Part shown: positions 47,607 to 60,080 of the stretch, piece after piece
Layout: each line of letters opens with the position of its first letter
Numbering within the stretch: position 1 is the stretch's first letter
NCBI GenBank assembly: GCA_030324005.1
Contig: JARDVH010000097.1
Span: 53,626,075 to 53,690,074, forward strand
Direction: 5' to 3'
DNA from: Negaprion brevirostris
Lineage: Eukaryota
DNA: 64,000 nt
Program-made: the position numbers and the translations under genes
The notes under the pieces: model-generated
What the model was told of the DNA's origin: nothing
The model's input: the letters and a program-made list of their open reading frames with translations, nothing else
Databases searched by the model: none

Positions 47607-48581
47607 TGCTGAAAAGAAAGACACGTTGCTGAAGCTTGTTGTCTTGCACTCATTGGGACAAATGTAAGAATGTCAAATTTAAAACAGTCACAAAAATTTA
47701 TACTATAGGAAAAAGGATGCCAATTGGTAGGCAAGTTGACTCTGATTGGCTGAGACATTGGATTGAGAAAACAAAAGAGATCCATAGGCTTCCCAAGCTC
47801 CTGGAGAAAATATTCTTCTTGCAGAGATCAGATCCCTCCTAGCTAATATAAATAAGCTACATTATGAACGCAATTGATTTTCTTAAATTGGTCGTTAATG
47901 TAGCTATTAGTACACCCAGGATTGTTCAGCAAATGTTGGTCAATAGTGAATCAGATCTAACAGTATTCTAACATTTTGAAGCACATTTTGGTTGTTCATA
48001 GTCTGTACATTACTTATCACAAACAACTGAAGAATACAAAGAAAGTGCACATCAAAGCTGTCTGGCAGAACAAAGATGATCCTGGTCAGACCACTGTTCA
48101 TGGTGTATTACGCAAATTCTCAAATAGTTCAGAGGCCACCACTTTCAGACCTGAAAAGCGCTTGGTCTATCTCAAATTACCTGAGAAAGACAAAGTATCT
48201 AAAATTTCGAACAAATGGTCACGCTCATCCTATTCTGTGGCTGTGATTGCTATTTTCTACTGACGGATGTTGTCATCATTCCAAAAAGATGTTCTGCCTA
48301 CCACACAACTGAACAATGTCAGTACAATAAAACCATAGAGAGTTGTACTGGAGAGGCAAAGCCTTGTATAATTTTTGAATTACCTGGAAGTTTTGGGAAC
48401 CTATTGTTCCCCACTGTATTCTTCATGACAGTGTCTCAGCCAATCAGAATCAACTTGCCAACCAATTAGCACCCTTGTTCACCTGTAGCATAAATTGTGA
48501 TTGCTTGAAATTTGGCATTCTAGTGCTTGTCCTGATAATTGCAAGACGCAAAGCTTCAGCAACAAATCTCTCTTTTCAGCA
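47607..48581 (+). mobile_element. Penelope-like element remnant with inverted terminal (pLTR-like) repeats
   Basis: 47607-47760 is the reverse complement of 48429-48581; internal ATTFRPEKRLVYLKLP...QKDVLPTTQ resembles Penelope RT/GIY-YIG linker sequence; a third partial copy lies at ~50655-50712. Confidence 0.7.
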
Positions 48582-50934
48582 AATTTCAAATTCTGTGCAT
48601 CCAAGCAAACTGTTCAGTAGGTTTATTTTTAAAAGATACTCAATCTTCATGTATAAATTCATGTTTTTAATTTGCAGATAAATATGAATTTACAAAAGAA
48701 TTTCCATTCTTAATAAATGTATTATCTCTGATGCTAAAGCAATTGGACATGCTGAAAGTGCAGTGGACATAAGTTTATTATAACTGAAGCTACAGAATAT
48801 TTCTATCATTTATTTAAGAACAGAAGAATACAAAAATGCATTTTCACACTGTGGATCTTGAAACTTATAGAAAGAAGATGAGTGCATTGAAGACACATGC
48901 CAACTGAAATATTATTTCTTGATACTATTATTCCCTTATTAGCATTTTGAAACCAACATTCAGATTTTGTAGCCAAAGACCATTTGTATTTGGAGGATTG
49001 CAGGTGTTTTAAATATTAAAATAAAACAGTTGTTAAAAGTTATAATTGTCTCATTTGCTATCAACAGTATAGAGTTCAGAGTAGGCATAATAACATAAAA
49101 TGCTGCTGGTATTAATAGAGGATATATTTAATTTGCTATGGGTAACTCATAATAGGAACACAAGCAGATTCTAGCTGCCCAGCAACGTGACTGACTCTTA
49201 ACAGCCCTCTAAAATGGCCTAGCAATCAAGTTCAGATTCACCACCGCCTTCTGAAAAATAATTAGGAATTGGCAATAAATACTGGCTTTACCATCAACTG
49301 CCACATTCTTTGAATTAATGAAAAAATTATTGTAATATTCAAAATAGTAAACTCTAATTTTGCAGCATAGAGGTCATTAATTCAAATGAAAGATTGAGTG
49401 ATATTTCTGTTAACACAGGTTGAACTGAGCCAATGCTAGAGTTATGCTCCCCATGTTAAAGGCGTTTTCATTCTATTTTAAGATTAAGGATACAAAGGAC
49501 ATTGATTGATTAAACAGTATATCTGAGGAGTATAAACAGAGATTTAGCTCCTTGTTAGTACATTGGTTATTGTCCCTGCCAGCCATGCGGGAGACTGGGG
49601 TTCACTAACTGAGTGAAGTTGCAGTCTAAGTAATTAGTGGTGGAAAAAAGTGACATGTTGTATCACCTTAATTTAGTTTGGTAATTTGCCCATTTGTTTT
49701 GCACAAAAAAGAGTATGAATAGAGATTGGTGTCCTTTTAAGGTTCTAGTCATTCATTAATTTGTTTTCAGTTTACAGAAAAGAGTACAAAAAGATTTCAC
49801 AGACATTGGGTGTTGTTTAGGGAAGAAGTAGACATATGTAACATTGCATTCTGTAAGTAAATCTAGTATTAAATAAAGGATTGGTGTCTGGTTTCTGAAT
49901 TCACCATTTGGCTTCAGAATGAATTAATACTCCAACATCAGTTCATGCATGATGTTTCATATGAAGAAGCTCTGTAAACTTGAAGTATTCACAGGGGTGG
50001 TTGTACCTAATTTGTTGAATCCAAATCTTGAAGTTCTTGAATTAATATGCTTTAATTCAAAATTTGTTCTATTGCCCATGTTTGTTCATGGTGACTCTCA
50101 ATATCGTTAATCTTGACCAATCTGAAATAGTCTGATCCATTAAGTTCCAAAATATTTTCAATTTTTAGCACAGCTCCATGTAAAATGCTCTTATACCTTT
50201 GAAGGATAATGATACTGGAAAACCTCTGCTCCTTTCCTGTTCCTTAAGATTTCTTCCTTTCATATCTGTGGTTTTCTTCTGCCCTTCTGCATCTCTTGTG
50301 TCCTTGCATTTTCTCACCTGTGAATCTTCCCTGTATACATCCTTCTCTTCCCATCCCATGTTTGCCTCATCTCTTTTTCTTTTGGTTCTTGTGTCTGCCT
50401 CTTACTTCCTTTCTGCCATTCCTGAGTTTGTTCACTATCCTTTTCAGGTTCATTTTTTTCCGGTTTGTTGATGCCTCCTATCCTGTTTTTTTTTCCCCTC
50501 TTTTCTCATTTGTGCTCTGCTTTTCTGTACCTCATCTCTAAAATTTCTCTGGCCTGCTTCTGTGCCTTTTCCACTTTTGTCTTGCTTTTCTTCCTTCATA
50601 GCTTTTCCATCGTATAATAAATTGTTATGACTGTTTGAAATTTGATATTCTTCCATTTGTCCTGAAGAATGCAAGATGAAAAGCTTCAGCAACATGTATC
50701 TCTTTTCAGCAGTGATAATATTAATTTCCCAACTGCAGATGTTGGACCCATGGTCTACTAATTCCCTAATTTTTTTCTCTCACCATTTTTAAATAGCAGA
50801 GTGATATGCATAATCTTCTAATCTAAAGAAATAGTTTCTGCATTTCTAAACCAAATGACCTTCATAATATAATTAAGGCAGCTGCAGTGATCTCACCTAC
50901 TTCTTTTAAAACCATCTGGTTTTTGAGAGCTTTC

Positions 50935-51068
50935 CAGCTCTGACAAAAGGTCACCCAGATTCAAAACATTGGCTTTATTCTCTCTCCACAGATGCTGTCA
51001 GACCTGCTCAGTTTCTCCAGCATTTACTATTTTTGTTTCAGATTCCAGCATCTGCAGCATTTTGCCTT
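50935..51068 (+). mobile_element. Penelope-type terminal fragment (reverse copy at ~31015-31125)
   Basis: ctctctccacagatgctgtcagacctgctcagtttctccagca; its reverse complement is at 31027-31070. Confidence 0.6.
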
Positions 51069-51149
51069 TAGTAAAGTAGATTGGAGGTTCTGTCTGTGTG
51101 ATGTTTCAGGATAATGTCAGGCCAACAGTGTTATGCTTAATTAGAAACC

Positions 51150-51322
51150 ACTCTGGTTTCCTCCAACAGTTGAAAGACGTGCCGGTTAGGTGCATTGGCT
51201 ATGCTAAATTCTCCCTCAGTTACACGAACAGGTGCCGGAGTGTGGCGACTAGGGAATTATCATAGGAACTTAATTGCAGTGTTAATGTAAGCCTACTTAT
51301 GACACTAATAAACTTTTAAACT
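51150..51322 (+). mobile_element. V-SINE 3' half
   Basis: ggtttcctccaacagttgaaagacgtgccggttagg...gacactaataaacttttaaactt. Confidence 0.8.
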
Positions 51323-52483
51323 TTTGGTGCTGGCAAGATGTTGATAACTGTTCCATCTCACATCAAGAACTGAGTTCAGGTGAATTGCATGTCTGTCTCG
51401 AGCCTGAAGGCCTTAAAGATGGGATACACCAACCAGTGGAATGCCTTGGCAAGCAACATGTGCCAACTTATCCTACAATAAGTTGGGTAAAGATAAGGCT
51501 AATAGTTCTGAAGCATGGCAAATGGCATGTCAGAGATGAATTAGATATTGGATTATTAGGCTTTTAAAGTAGAGGAAGATATTTTAGAATTGTGCATTGT
51601 TGTGAAAGGAACTCAGTAGCAAGCCAAATTAGAGCTGCTGTTTACCATTATAAAAGGCTTAAGAGGGTGAAGATTGTTCTTATGTCCAAAGGGAAAGGAA
51701 AGAAATGAGACTGTTCAGTGTGACATTATCTGCCAAGTTAGAGATGCAGTATGTTCTGGTTTGATGCCAGATCATAGTGCCTCCTGGGTTCAGGTGCTAT
51801 CTGTATAGCCATACTTTTGCACAATTAAAACACAATTGACATGACATGCAGTGAAGTTATTCAAGAGTGAAATGAAAGCCATTTCTCTTATCTGTTGCTC
51901 CCCAGTCTGCTATGGAAGAGTGAAGACCAAACTGTCTTTTTGAAGGCTACATAGTAGCTTCTGAGTTGTTCAACTGCTTACACCATTTTACAGCTTTAAC
52001 ATCAAGGATTGCATCAATAGGAATACAGAACAGTTTCTCTTCAGTACAGGCTGAGGAGCTAGGAGAATTATAGTGTTATCAATGATATAAATACAACATG
52101 ACAAGTTTACATACATTTTTCCATCACATGAGCAGAACCAGGAATTTGTAACCAGAGCACTTTGACACAGAAGATGGAATTTCTGCTGGAGTTCTGATAT
52201 CTGGTTGGAACTCAAGCAGAAATTCAACAGTTACAGGACATCCATTAACATCTGATGTTTCAGCTTAAGTTATGATGGTAGATAGGTGGATCCTTATACA
52301 AATTCTATCCCAGATTTACAAAGAAGCAGTCAATTGCCAAAGGTGATGCACATGGAGAGATCAAATGCAGTCTTCAGGTGAAATGTAGTTGGAGGATGGG
52401 TGACAATTCAATAAGCCTATAAAGGCATTTTGCTTTTCACTTTTCATTATAACAATTTTGTCTGCACTGATAATGGAAACTAT

Positions 52484-52585
52484 GGGTGGGATTCTCTGAT
52501 CTCGTTTGCCACTGCCCGTGAGAATGTAGAATTTGGTGCTCAGTTAGAACTCCATTCAATGCAGTGGCACCGGAGAATCCCAGCC
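52484..52585. mobile_element. Short palindromic MITE (possibly PIF/Harbinger-like)
   Basis: Termini gggtgggattctc / gagaatcccagcc, plus an inner inverted pair tgccactgc / gcagtggca. Confidence 0.6.
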
Positions 52586-52990
52586 ATGGACGAGGTCACA
52601 GGTTTCCAGCATACCTCCATCCTTTAATTAACACTTACTGCCAGTGATGATGTTGCTGTGCCTTCACTGGGCTGTGATGCAGTTTCGGCCAGACAAGATC
52701 AAACTGTGAAATAGACTAGAACTTCATGTGGCAGGGACTTGCCCCTGCATGTACTGCAAAGAGTTATGTGAATGCGTAAATGAGGTAGTACTTCACCAAG
52801 AGATAATGTCACCAGTCACTGCACCAGCCAGGTGATGTTTTGGTGTGGTACCAGTCCAAAAAACTAATGGCCTTATTTGAATCGGCATTGTCCTGGCACA
52901 CCTCAACAAGGCAGTGGAAAGAGAAATCCATCCAATGGTGTTGATAGAGGAGAACTTGACAAAATTTGCAAAAAGTACAATCTTCACTGA

Positions 52991-53272
52991 ACTTTAAAGT
53001 TTTAAAGTTTATTTATTAGTCACAAGTAAACTTAACATTAACACTACAATGAACTTACTGTGAAATTCCCCTAGTCGCCATTTTCCGGCACCTGTTTGGG
53101 ACAATACACCCAACCAGCATGTCTTTCAGACTGTGGGAGGAAACCGGAGCATCCAGAGGAAACCCACGCGGACACAGGGAGAACGTGCAAACTCCACATA
53201 GACAGTGACCCAAGCTAGGAATCAAACTCGGGTCCCTGGCGCTGTGAAGCAGCAGTGCTAACTACTGTGTTG
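52991..53272 (-). mobile_element. V-SINE, near full length
   Basis: Reverse complement: cacagtagttagcactgctgcttcacagcgccagggacccgagtttgattcc, V-domain, then actaataaataaactttaaaacttt tail. Confidence 0.9.
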
Positions 53273-54183
53273 CCCAATTTGATGCCAATAATGGATTCTG
53301 GCTGCTACTGAAAAGGAATCAAAACACTAACTTTTGTAACACTTTTTGGACTGTCAGCTGTTTGGCATCATTTCCGCCCAGAAACTTTCTGAAGGATGAT
53401 ATGTAATATACTGGAAGTCATGGAAGGCATCAAAAATTACATTTAAGACATTTTGATTTATAGCTTAATGAAAGATGAATGTAACAAATGGTCAGAGCTG
53501 TTCACTAATGCTGCAAGAGTTTGGCTTGACACTCAATGCCAGATGTTAGATTTCTAGGCCCACAATAAAATTCCTCAATCATGTTATATAAACAACTGGA
53601 ATTACCAAAAACTCACAGAAAACTGATGCAACAAAGTAATTTTCACCCCTGAGAAATAAATAGAACTGCAAAGGTTTATGGGCATAGTCAACCAATTAGA
53701 TAAATTTTTACCTCATTTAGCTGAGATAAATGAACCCCTCAGACATCCTTTACAACAGGACCAGGCTTGGTGTTGAACTGAGCATCAGCAGCAATCGTTT
53801 GAATAAATTAAAGTGATGTTAACATTCTCAGAGGTCCTAGTTCTGAAGATCCTGAACTTCCCAAAATTGTGGCAGCTGATGCATCTGCAACAAGCCAAGG
53901 AGTACTGCTATTCCATGCACAAAGTGATGGCAAAATAAGATCTGTTCATTGTGCACCCAGGTCATTAACTGAGGCTGAACTGTTCTATGCTGTGATAGAA
54001 AAGAAAGGTCTTGCAGTGACTTGGGACAGGTGAAGGTCAGGCCCTGGGCCTGCAGTTTAAGATTGAGATGAACCATAAGCAGTTCATTACCTTGTTAAAC
54101 TTAGAGGAAATTGCAAAGATGCACCCAGAATCTAGTGATATCCATTAAGACATATGTGATGTGATACTATCACAGAGTATGAC

Positions 54184-54615
54184 TGGAATTCTCCTAAAAA
54201 AATTGTGTGCGTCAAATTTGCATGAAGACTGGAATAATACACACTTTTTTTTCAGAATCTCTCATATTGTGTGCACTGCAGAGGCCACCAGTGTGAATAT
54301 CATTAAATCCCAGTGGGCGGGGCCTATTCCTGCTGGAGAAGCTGAAATCAGCACATTGCGGGACACGGTGCATGCGCTAATCTGTCAGTACTGAGATTGG
54401 CACATGCGTAGTGGCACCACACTGGTGGCCTCCTGATCACTGGCCAGCCCCACTATCCCCGCATTGCCAGCCCTCCACCCTCGCATTGCCAGTCCTCCAT
54501 TCCCTCACGGCCCGTTCACTTGCCCCCTGACCATTCTCGGGCCCAACCTTGAATCCCCCACCCCAGCTCCCCACAATCTCCAGCATCCCCCACCAATTCC
54601 CTCCTCCCCCAACAG
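54184..54615 (+). mobile_element. Non-autonomous DNA-transposon-like insertion (related termini at 62747-63428)
   Basis: Starts ctggaattctcc, GC-rich interior, runs into a gap. Confidence 0.4.
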
Positions 54616-55289
54616 NNNNNNNNNNNNNNNNNNNNNNNNNNNNNNNNNNNNNNNNNNNNNNNNNNNNNNNNNNNNNNNNNNNNNNNNNNNNNNNNNNNNN
54701 NNNNNNNNNNNNNNNNNNNNNNNNNNNNNNNNNNNNNNNNNNNNNNNNNNNNNNNNNNNNNNNNNNNNNNNNNNNNNNNNNNNNNNNNNNNNNNNNNNNN
54801 NNNNNNNNNNNNNNNNNNNNNNNNNNNNNNNNNNNNNNNNNNNNNNNNNNNNNNNNNNNNNNNNNNNNNNNNNNNNNNNNNNNNNNNNNNNNNNNNNNNN
54901 NNNNNNNNNNNNNNNNNNNNNNNNNNNNNNNNNNNNNNNNNNNNNNNTAGCCCGTTGTGGGGGAGTCTTTAGAGCCCTTTCGGGACAGACCGATTGTAGG
55001 TCCTGACTCTGCTTCTCTGTCGATGTAAAAAGAAAATAAAGCTGTGCCGACATTGAACTTCACCCTGAGTCCGTAGTGGTCATTTCGCCCACTCGCGCTA
55101 ACACACACTATAAAAGACTGACTAAAGGAAAATGATGACTTTGGGCTCGCTCTGCTCAGTTATCACTCTGCACCATTGCAGAATAGTTTTGCCCCATGTG
55201 AGCCTTTGATGGACTGCAGGATAAGAACGCAACCTCCTTTCCTTCCCCAGAAATTGATACTAAATGTCATGTTAGAAGATCAGGGCATG

Positions 55290-58020
55290 GATGGATATGT
55301 GGACTGGGATATTATAGCAATTACTGAAATATGACTAAGGGACGGACAGGACTGGCAGCTCAGTGTTCCAGGATACAGATGCTATTGGAAAGATAGATCA
55401 GGAGGTAAGAGAGGAGGGGGAATTACAATTTTGGTTAGGGAAAACATCATGGCAGTACTGAGAGGGGACATATCTGAGGGTTCGGCTGCTGAGTCTTTAT
55501 GGGTAGAACTGAGAAATAAGAAGGGGGAAATCACTTTGTACTATAGGCCCCCAAATAGTCAATGGGAAGTTGAGGAGCAAATATATAAGGAGATTACAGA
55601 TAGCTCCAAGAAAAATAAGGTGGTAATAGTAGGAGATTTTAACTTTGACTGGGACAGCCATAGTATTAAAGGCTTAGATGGAGAGAAATTTGTTGTATAT
55701 TCCGGAGGAATTTCTCATTCAGTATGCGGATGGCCCAACTAGAAAGGGGGCAAAACTTGACCTCCTCTTGGGAAATAAGGAAGGGGAAGTGACAGAAATG
55801 TTAGTGAGGGGTCACTTTGGGACTAATGACCATAATACTATTACTTTTAAGATAGTTAAGGAGAAAGATAGGTCTAGTCCAAAAGTTAAAATTCTAAATT
55901 GGGGCAAGGCCAATTTTGATGGTACCATGCAGGAACTTTCAAAAGTTAATTGGGGGAGTCTGTGGCAAGGCAAAAGGATGTCTGGTAAGTGGGAGGCTTT
56001 CAAAAGTGTGTTAATCAGGGTTCAGGGTAAGCACATTCTTCGTAGAGTGAAGGACAACCTGGTTGAAGCAGGGAACTCTGGATGACTTAGGATATTGAGG
56101 CCCTGGTCAAGAAAAGGAAGGAGGCACATGACATGCACAGCCAACTGGGATCCAGTGAATCCCTTGAAGCATATAGGGGGTGTAGAAGTAGAGCTAAGAG
56201 AGAAATCAGGAGGGCAAAAAGGGGACACAAGACTGTTTCGACAGATAAGGCAGAGGAGAATCCAAAGGGCTTCTACAAATACATAAAGGGCAAAAGAGTA
56301 ACAAGGGACAAAGTAGGGTCTCTTAAGGATCAATAAGATCATCTATGTGCGGATCCACAAAAGTTGGGTGAGATCCTAAATGAATATTTCTCATCAGCAT
56401 TTACTGTTGAGAAAAGCACGGATGTTAGGGAACTTCGGGAAATAAATAGTGATGTCTTGAGGAGTGCACAATTACAGAGAAGGAATTGCTGGAAGTCTTA
56501 AATCGCATCAAAGTCAATAAATCTCTGGGACCTGATGAAGTATATCCCAGGACATTGTAGGAGGCTAGGGAGGAAATTCTGGGTCACCTAGCAGAGATAT
56601 TTGAAACGTCGATAGTCACTGGCAAGGTACCTGAAGATTGGAAGGTGGCAAATGTTGTACCTTTGTTTAAAAAGGGCTCCAGGGAAAAGCCTGGGAACTA
56701 CAGGCCAGTGATCCTCACTTCTGTGGTGGGTAAGTTGTTGAAAGATATTTTGAGAGACAAGATCTACAGGTGTTTAGACACAAGGACTGATTAGGGACAG
56801 TCAGCATGGCTTTGTGAATGGAAAACCATGTCTCACAAATTTGATTGAGTTTTTTGAAGGAGTAAGCAAGAAAGTAGATAAGGGCAATGCAGTTGATGTT
56901 GTATATATGGACTTTAGCAAGCCTTTGACAAGGTACCACATGATAGGTTGTTGCATTTGGAATCAATGGGTGCTATCCTGGTTGGCAGTTGGTGACTAGT
57001 GGAGTGCCGCAGGGATCAGTGCTGGGGCCTCAACTGTTTACCATTTACATAGACGATCTGGNNNNNNNNNNNNNNNNNNNNNNNNNNNNNNNNNNNNNNN
57101 NNNNNNNNNNNNNNNNNNNNNNNNNNNNNNNNNNNNNNNNNNNNNNNNNNNNNNNNNNNNNNNNNNNNNNNNNNNNNNNNNNNNNNNNNNNNNNNNNNNN
57201 NNNNNNNNNNNNNNNNNNNNNNNNNNNNNNNNNNNNNNNNNNNNNNNNNNNNNNNNNNNNNNNNNNNNNNNNNNNNNNNNNNNNNNNNNNNNNNNNNNNN
57301 NNNNNNNNNNNNNNNNNNNNNNNNNNNNNNNNNNNNNNNNNNNNNNNNNNNNNNNNNNNNNNNNNNNNNNNNNNNNNNNNNNNNNNNNNNNNNNNNNNNN
57401 NNNNNNNNNNNNNNNNNNNNNNNNNNNNNNNNNNNNNNNNNNNNNNNNNNNNNNNNNNNNNNNNNNNNNNNNNNNNNNNNNCTACACTTGGAATACTGTG
57501 TACAGTTCTGGTCACCCTATTATAGAAAGGATATTATTAAACTAGAAAGAGTGCAGAAGCGATTTACTAGGATGCTACCAGGACTTGATGGTTTGAGTTA
57601 TAAGGAGAGACTGGGTAGACGGGGACTTTTTTCTCTGGAGCAAAGGAGGCTGAGGGGTGATCTTATAGAGGTTTATAAAATAATGAGGGCATAGATCAGC
57701 TAGATAGTTAATACAAAGGTAGGGAAAATTGGAGGGCATAAGTTTAAGATGAGAGGGGAGAGATAAAAAGGGTCCAGAGGGACAATTTTTTCACACAGAG
57801 GGTGATGAGTGTCTGGAACAAGCTGCCAGACATAGTAGTAGAGGCAGGCACAATTTTATCTTCTAAAAAGTGTTTAGACAGTTACATGAGTAAGATGGGT
57901 GTAGAGGAATATGGGCCAAATGTAGGCAATTGGGACTAGCCTAAGGGTTTAAAATAAAGTGCAGCATGGACAAGTTGGGCCGAAGGGTCTGTTTCCATGC
58001 TGTAAACCTCTATCATTCTA
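55290..58020 (+). mobile_element. CR1 LINE ORF2 (APE endonuclease and RT), disrupted, with 3' tail
   Basis: [73 protein letters not shown]; tail gggccgaagggtctgtttccatgctgtaaacctctatcattcta. Confidence 0.95.
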
Positions 58021-58779
58021 AGATGATGGTCCTGATATAAAGAGGGAGGAAATTTATAGAGCAAGTCATGCCTGTACTTTCAATCAGAGACACAAGGATA
58101 CCCCACTCTTAAAAGAGGAGAGATGGTATGTATTAGAGACCTGCAGCAAAAAGGTACTGTATTAGAGAAGCTACAGCAACTGAGATCATACCTGGTCCAG
58201 ACATGGTCTGGCATTATTCAAAGGAACAGAAATGCCCTGATTTTAAGAATAGAAAACCATTAGCAGGATGCACTGTGTACCTGGAACCTCAGGTGAACAT
58301 CACAGTTATGGAACCTCAAATGAGGTAAACCAGATGTGACAACCCCCAAAAATTGGTCTTGGAGCAGGTTCCCAGCTATCTCAGAAGGAGCTCTGCTCTC
58401 ATCCAGGAGGACTGGTGAAACCATCAAGGAGAATATCCCTTTAAAAGCTGAAACTTTCTGGGTGGGGGAGGTGTAGAAAGATGTGAATATAATAATATGG
58501 GGATAAAGGCTTGAAAGATGTGCGGTAACTCCAATAGCTACTGAGCATATGTGTAAGGAGCTGTGTCATAGTGATGCAACTCACTGAGAAAAGATGAGTC
58601 AGCAGCATCTTCGAGAGGAGCTGTAGCTATGTCCAGATATTCTATCATCTTATAAATAATTAATGATGTTAATAAAGATATTTTGAATGAAAGACCATTG
58701 CCTCCAGCAAGATCTCTTCGAGAGTAAGAAATCAAAGAATCTTGAGAAAAAGCCACACTAACAGAATGGATAGAAGTAA

Positions 58780-59029
58780 AATGTCTCCATGGTCATATGT
58801 TTGAGGCTGTTATTGCATCGTTGATTTTGGTTTTTGCCTGGGATTCCAGAACTTGTCATTTCAGACAATGGCCCAGAGTTTATTATGAATACTTCAGGAA
58901 GTTCACTGAGTTTTGCGGGATTTGCTCACATGATATCTTGTCAAGATACCCACAAGCTAGCTAATCTTGACACTGAAAGAGGAGTGCAGCTTGTAAAGAC
59001 TCTATTGAAAAAGATCATGACATTAACCT
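58780..59029 (+). mobile_element. Gypsy integrase core fragment
   Basis: GIPELVISDNGPEF...ERGVQLVKTLLKK (D,D-35-E region). Confidence 0.75.
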
Positions 59030-60080
59030 GATTTGATTTGATTTATTCTTGCCACATGAATTAGAACACAGTGAAAAGTATTGTTTCTTGTGTGCTATGC
59101 AGACAAAGCATACCTTTCATAGAGAAAGAAACGAGAGAGTGCAGAATGTAATGTTACAGTTATAGCTCGGGTGTAAAGTAAGATCAACTTAATGCAAGGT
59201 AGGTGTATTCAAAAGTCTGATGGCAGTAGGGAAGAAGCTGTTCTTGAGTCGGTTGGCATGTGACCTCAGACTTTTGTATCTTTTTCCGATGGAAGACGGA
59301 AAAGAGAATGTCCAGGGTGCGTGGGGTCCTTAATTAAGCTGGCTGCTTTGCTGAGGCAGCAGGAAGTGTAGACAGATGGGAGGCTGGTTTGCATGATGGA
59401 TTGTGCTATGTTCACGACATTTTATAGTTTCTTGCTGTCTTGGGCAGAACAGGAGCCATACCAAGCTGTGATACAACCAGAAAGAACGCTTTCTATGGTG
59501 CATCTGTAAACGTTAGTGAGAGTCATAACTGATACGCCAAATTTCCTTAGTCTTCTGAGAAAATAGAGGCGTTGATGGGCTTTGTTAACTATAGTGTCGG
59601 CATGGGGGGACACAGGTTTTGGTGATCTGGACACCTAAAAACTTGAAGCTCTCAACCCTTTCTACTTCGTCCCTGTTGATGTGGACAATGGCATGCTCTC
59701 CTCTATGCTTCCTGAAGTCAGTGACGATCTCCTTTGTTTTGTTGACATTGAGGGAGAGATTATTGTCGCCGCACCAGTTCACCAGGTTCTCTATCTCATC
59801 CTTGTACTCTGTCCCATCATTGTTTGAGATCCAACCCACTGTGATGGTGTCATCAGCAAACTTGAAAATCAAGTTGGAGGGGAATTTGGCTACACAGTCA
59901 TAGGTGTATCAGGAGTATAGAAGGGAGCTGAGAACACAGCCTTTTGGGACACCGGTGTTGAGGAGGATGATGGAGGAGGTATTGTTGCCTATCTTTACTG
60001 ATTGTGTCTGTGGGTTTGGAAGTTCAGGATCTAGTTGCAGAGGGAAGAGCTGAGGCTCAGGCCATGAAGTTTGGAGATGA
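59030..60080 (-). mobile_element. Rex1/Babar-type (L2 group) LINE, 5'-truncated
   Basis: IFKFADDTITVGWISNND..LSLNVNKTKEIVTDFRK, KAHQRLYFLRRLRKFG, YRCTIESVLSGCITAWYG; short (tcaaa)n tail at 59030-59045. Confidence 0.88.

Larger units (their letters stand above)
53530..58763 (+). mobile_element. Ty3/Gypsy element remnant hosting nested insertions (RT/RNase H ~53530-54170, integrase C-terminus ~55120-55270 and ~58030-58260, PPT and LTR ~58460-58763)
   Basis: EPLRHPLQQDQAWC..EHQQQSFE, IVAADASAT, DFGLALLSYHSAPLQNSF, RSYLVQTWSGIIQRNR; purine tract ggtgggggagg followed by a TGT...AACA segment with AATAAA. Confidence 0.65.

Noticed and set aside
50165-50620. Pyrimidine-rich stretch giving K/E-rich minus-strand ORFs
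   Set aside because: It is low complexity, the frames are broken, there is no clear splice context, and it sits next to Penelope fragments.
54437-57525. Long ORFs containing runs of X
   Set aside because: They are artefacts of translating through N gaps; the real flanks are TE sequence.
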